DNA of 64,000 nucleotides from assembly GCF_001949145.1 (NCBI RefSeq), contig NW_019091356.1, forward strand, positions 186,001 through 250,000, read 5' to 3'. The position numbers and the translations under genes are program-made. The stretch is from Acanthaster planci. Lineage: Eukaryota. This document shows, piece by piece, positions 61,642-64,000 of the stretch (positions are counted from its first letter, which is position 1; each line of letters begins with the position of its first letter). The notes under the pieces are model-generated. The model did not search any database and was not told where the DNA came from. It saw nothing but the letters and a program-made list of their open reading frames with translations.

Positions 61642-64000
61642 AAACTTCATGTTAATAGAGTTAAATGTTCATGATGAAGCTTTTAAAAGTTATCATAGGA
61701 AAACTCAGACAGTTTAATGTATGTGCTTGTTTTGAAGGCAAGTTCCTGGTATATTTATTTCATTCCAATAAGTTTTAAATTTCAGTCCAATCCCCATTGG
61801 CAGGATGTGGTAAATGCTAAATATTTCTTCTCATGGCATCAATTTTCAGCTCGTCAAGCAGTCACGATCATACATACATGTACTCTACAAGTACATGTAG
61901 CTGCCTCTTTGGATTTCATTTTGGTTTTCAGTTTTTATTTCAATACACAAGTACATGTACAGGATGAGTGTGACTACGTACGTGTACACGTACACACTAC
62001 ACTTCTGGAAAACTTAAATACCAGCAAACAGATTGTACACATTAAGTTACATGTCTATGTCAAGTAAATTTGATATTGTTGAATAAGTTTGATACATGTA
62101 TCTCTGTAGAGGAGCAGTTTAGAACTTCAACCCTTGCTCTGCTGGACTTGAAGTAATGACTTTTCAAGTTTTCAACATTTCAAACAATTTATGTTGTCAG
62201 TTTGATGAACTCATCATTTCGATCAAATAACAATGCTACAATCACCATTGTACAATGTAGTTTGTAGTCAGTATGCTGTACACATGTACATGCACATAAA
62301 CAGGTAATGTACCAAGGTATCGTACAGTATGCAATGTCCAAATCTTGGTATTCTCTCACTTGAAAACCATTTTTATTATTACTTGCGGTATAACTGCAGA
62401 ATACCCAGAATACTATTCCAAAAAGAAGACCGCTGGAATCACTGTTACTTGGGTATAAGATGAAAATCCCCATGAGAACAGTATGTACATGTATACATGT
62501 AAGTACTACATCGTAATATACCAAGCTGTTTCCTCGGGTGTCAAGAAGCATCCATACACGTACAGTATAAAGAATTCTTTCCACGTTGAAGGTACAAAAA
62601 CTGTACTAGGCCAACCGCTATACTTCATCATTGTTCAGAAGCTGCAGCAAAAATACCCTTCAGTCCATGTAACGTTAGGTCCAATGACTTCACAACACGA
62701 GAACATTATCATTTTACATGTTTTATCATTAAAAACCATAACTGACACTCTCTTAGTGCTTGGTCTGAGTGATCGTGGAGGAATGTTGTCTAGTTCCTCA
62801 ACCACACCAACCCAGTCACATTACTGTCAAAAGAAAATTCTATTGTAACTGTACATAGGGTACAGTCCACTGATTCAAGCCCCACTGAAAACAGTGTAAA
62901 ATCAACACTGTTCAAGGCCCATAATAACATGCATACCTACAAGTAAATCCCTGAGATTTCTGACACACAAATTAAATTATTGCCTGGTCCCTAATCATTC
63001 TATTTCTTTTCAATTTTTTGTGGGTTAACCAATTACATTTTTAATTATTCCAACAGCACAAAATCACTGAAAAGTGATTTTTCCGAAGTCTGATTTGCAG
63101 CCATTTCTCAAGTGGCAACCCAACTTTCTCGGGCACTTACACAGTCACATGCAGGACATGATTGATAGGATCATTTTTAAACTGTAGTTTTTGGCCATTC
63201 TACTCTCACATGAAAGCTCATGGGAAGATGATCCTGGCAAAAATTTACACAATCTCACCATTTGGGAGCCAAACGATCTTATTTTTCAAAAGATACTGTA
63301 GGGGCACTTTTAAGGCTAATGTGCTGGCCAGAAATTCTCACATGAATTAGCGGACTGCACCCTGTAGACACGGGCCCTCGTTGGGGGGTTATTTTTCGTG
63401 AACCATGGTCATGATGGTCTAACACATGCTACTACTAGAGCTATTCATGGCAATGTTGATATCGATACCGAATTTTTGAACATCATGTAATGGTGAGACA
63501 CACAACACGATCTCTACAGGATTTATTAATATCGAATTCGACGGAATTCCAACAATTCACCCTTTAGCGCTTAGATAAAGTCATTTACCTGTTTCACCAA
63601 TGTCTCAGCCCGTTTCCATTTGGCAGCAATCTTCCAATTGTGGAAACGTGAACGTGAACGCACCTGCAGCAAAATTTCGATGTCAATAAATTGATCTGGT
63701 ACCCGACTCACTCTGCATGCTGCACTGATGTAAAACTTGTCCACAGCACCCCACCGTGCCGCCAGTCAGCTTTATGTTGATCATCGTGCACATAAACTTG
63801 CGCAAGTCCCTTATTTATAGAAGTTTGCTATTTTGCTTTTAAAAAATGCTGCATATTGTTTCCTCTCATTTCATTCTTTTGGAGAATTTCTTGTGCTTAA
63901 CAACCTTTAGAGTAATTCATTATGGTCTTATCATTTACAGAATTACAATATAAGAAACAAACTAGTTCCTTACCTTTACATAAATTGCATTGCATTAGGT

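Noticed and set aside
63300..63850. CpG-richer stretch as the PCBP promoter
   Set aside because: No clear first-exon donor or core promoter; equally consistent with a young repeat whose ends I could not define

Overview
Eukaryotic (metazoan) AT-rich, CpG-poor genomic DNA. It is probably from an invertebrate bilaterian; an echinoderm/hemichordate-type origin is a guess from repeat style only. The one gene I can support is a minus-strand poly(rC)-binding protein gene (PCBP/hnRNP E/alphaCP/mub family, three KH domains). It has 13 GT-AG coding exons between 20067 and 196, phase-consistent, giving about 422 aa (426 with an alternative donor). Everything above about 20.2 kb appears to be 5' intron/upstream DNA with MITEs, tRNA-derived SINEs, minisatellites, one 705-N gap and very many TACATGTA-type motifs. 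Best leads: (1) a PCBP4-type C-terminal tail plus a second in-phase acceptor giving an alternative tail; (2) a candidate alternative first exon encoding a KH1-like start without the GxxG loop; (3) an AUG-less in-frame N-terminal extension; (4) an intronic 77-bp array whose units each read as acceptor/stop-containing exon/donor; (5) TAC..GTA palindromes that look like stacked Tc1/mariner excision footprints. Almost all ORFs in the supplied track are spurious.
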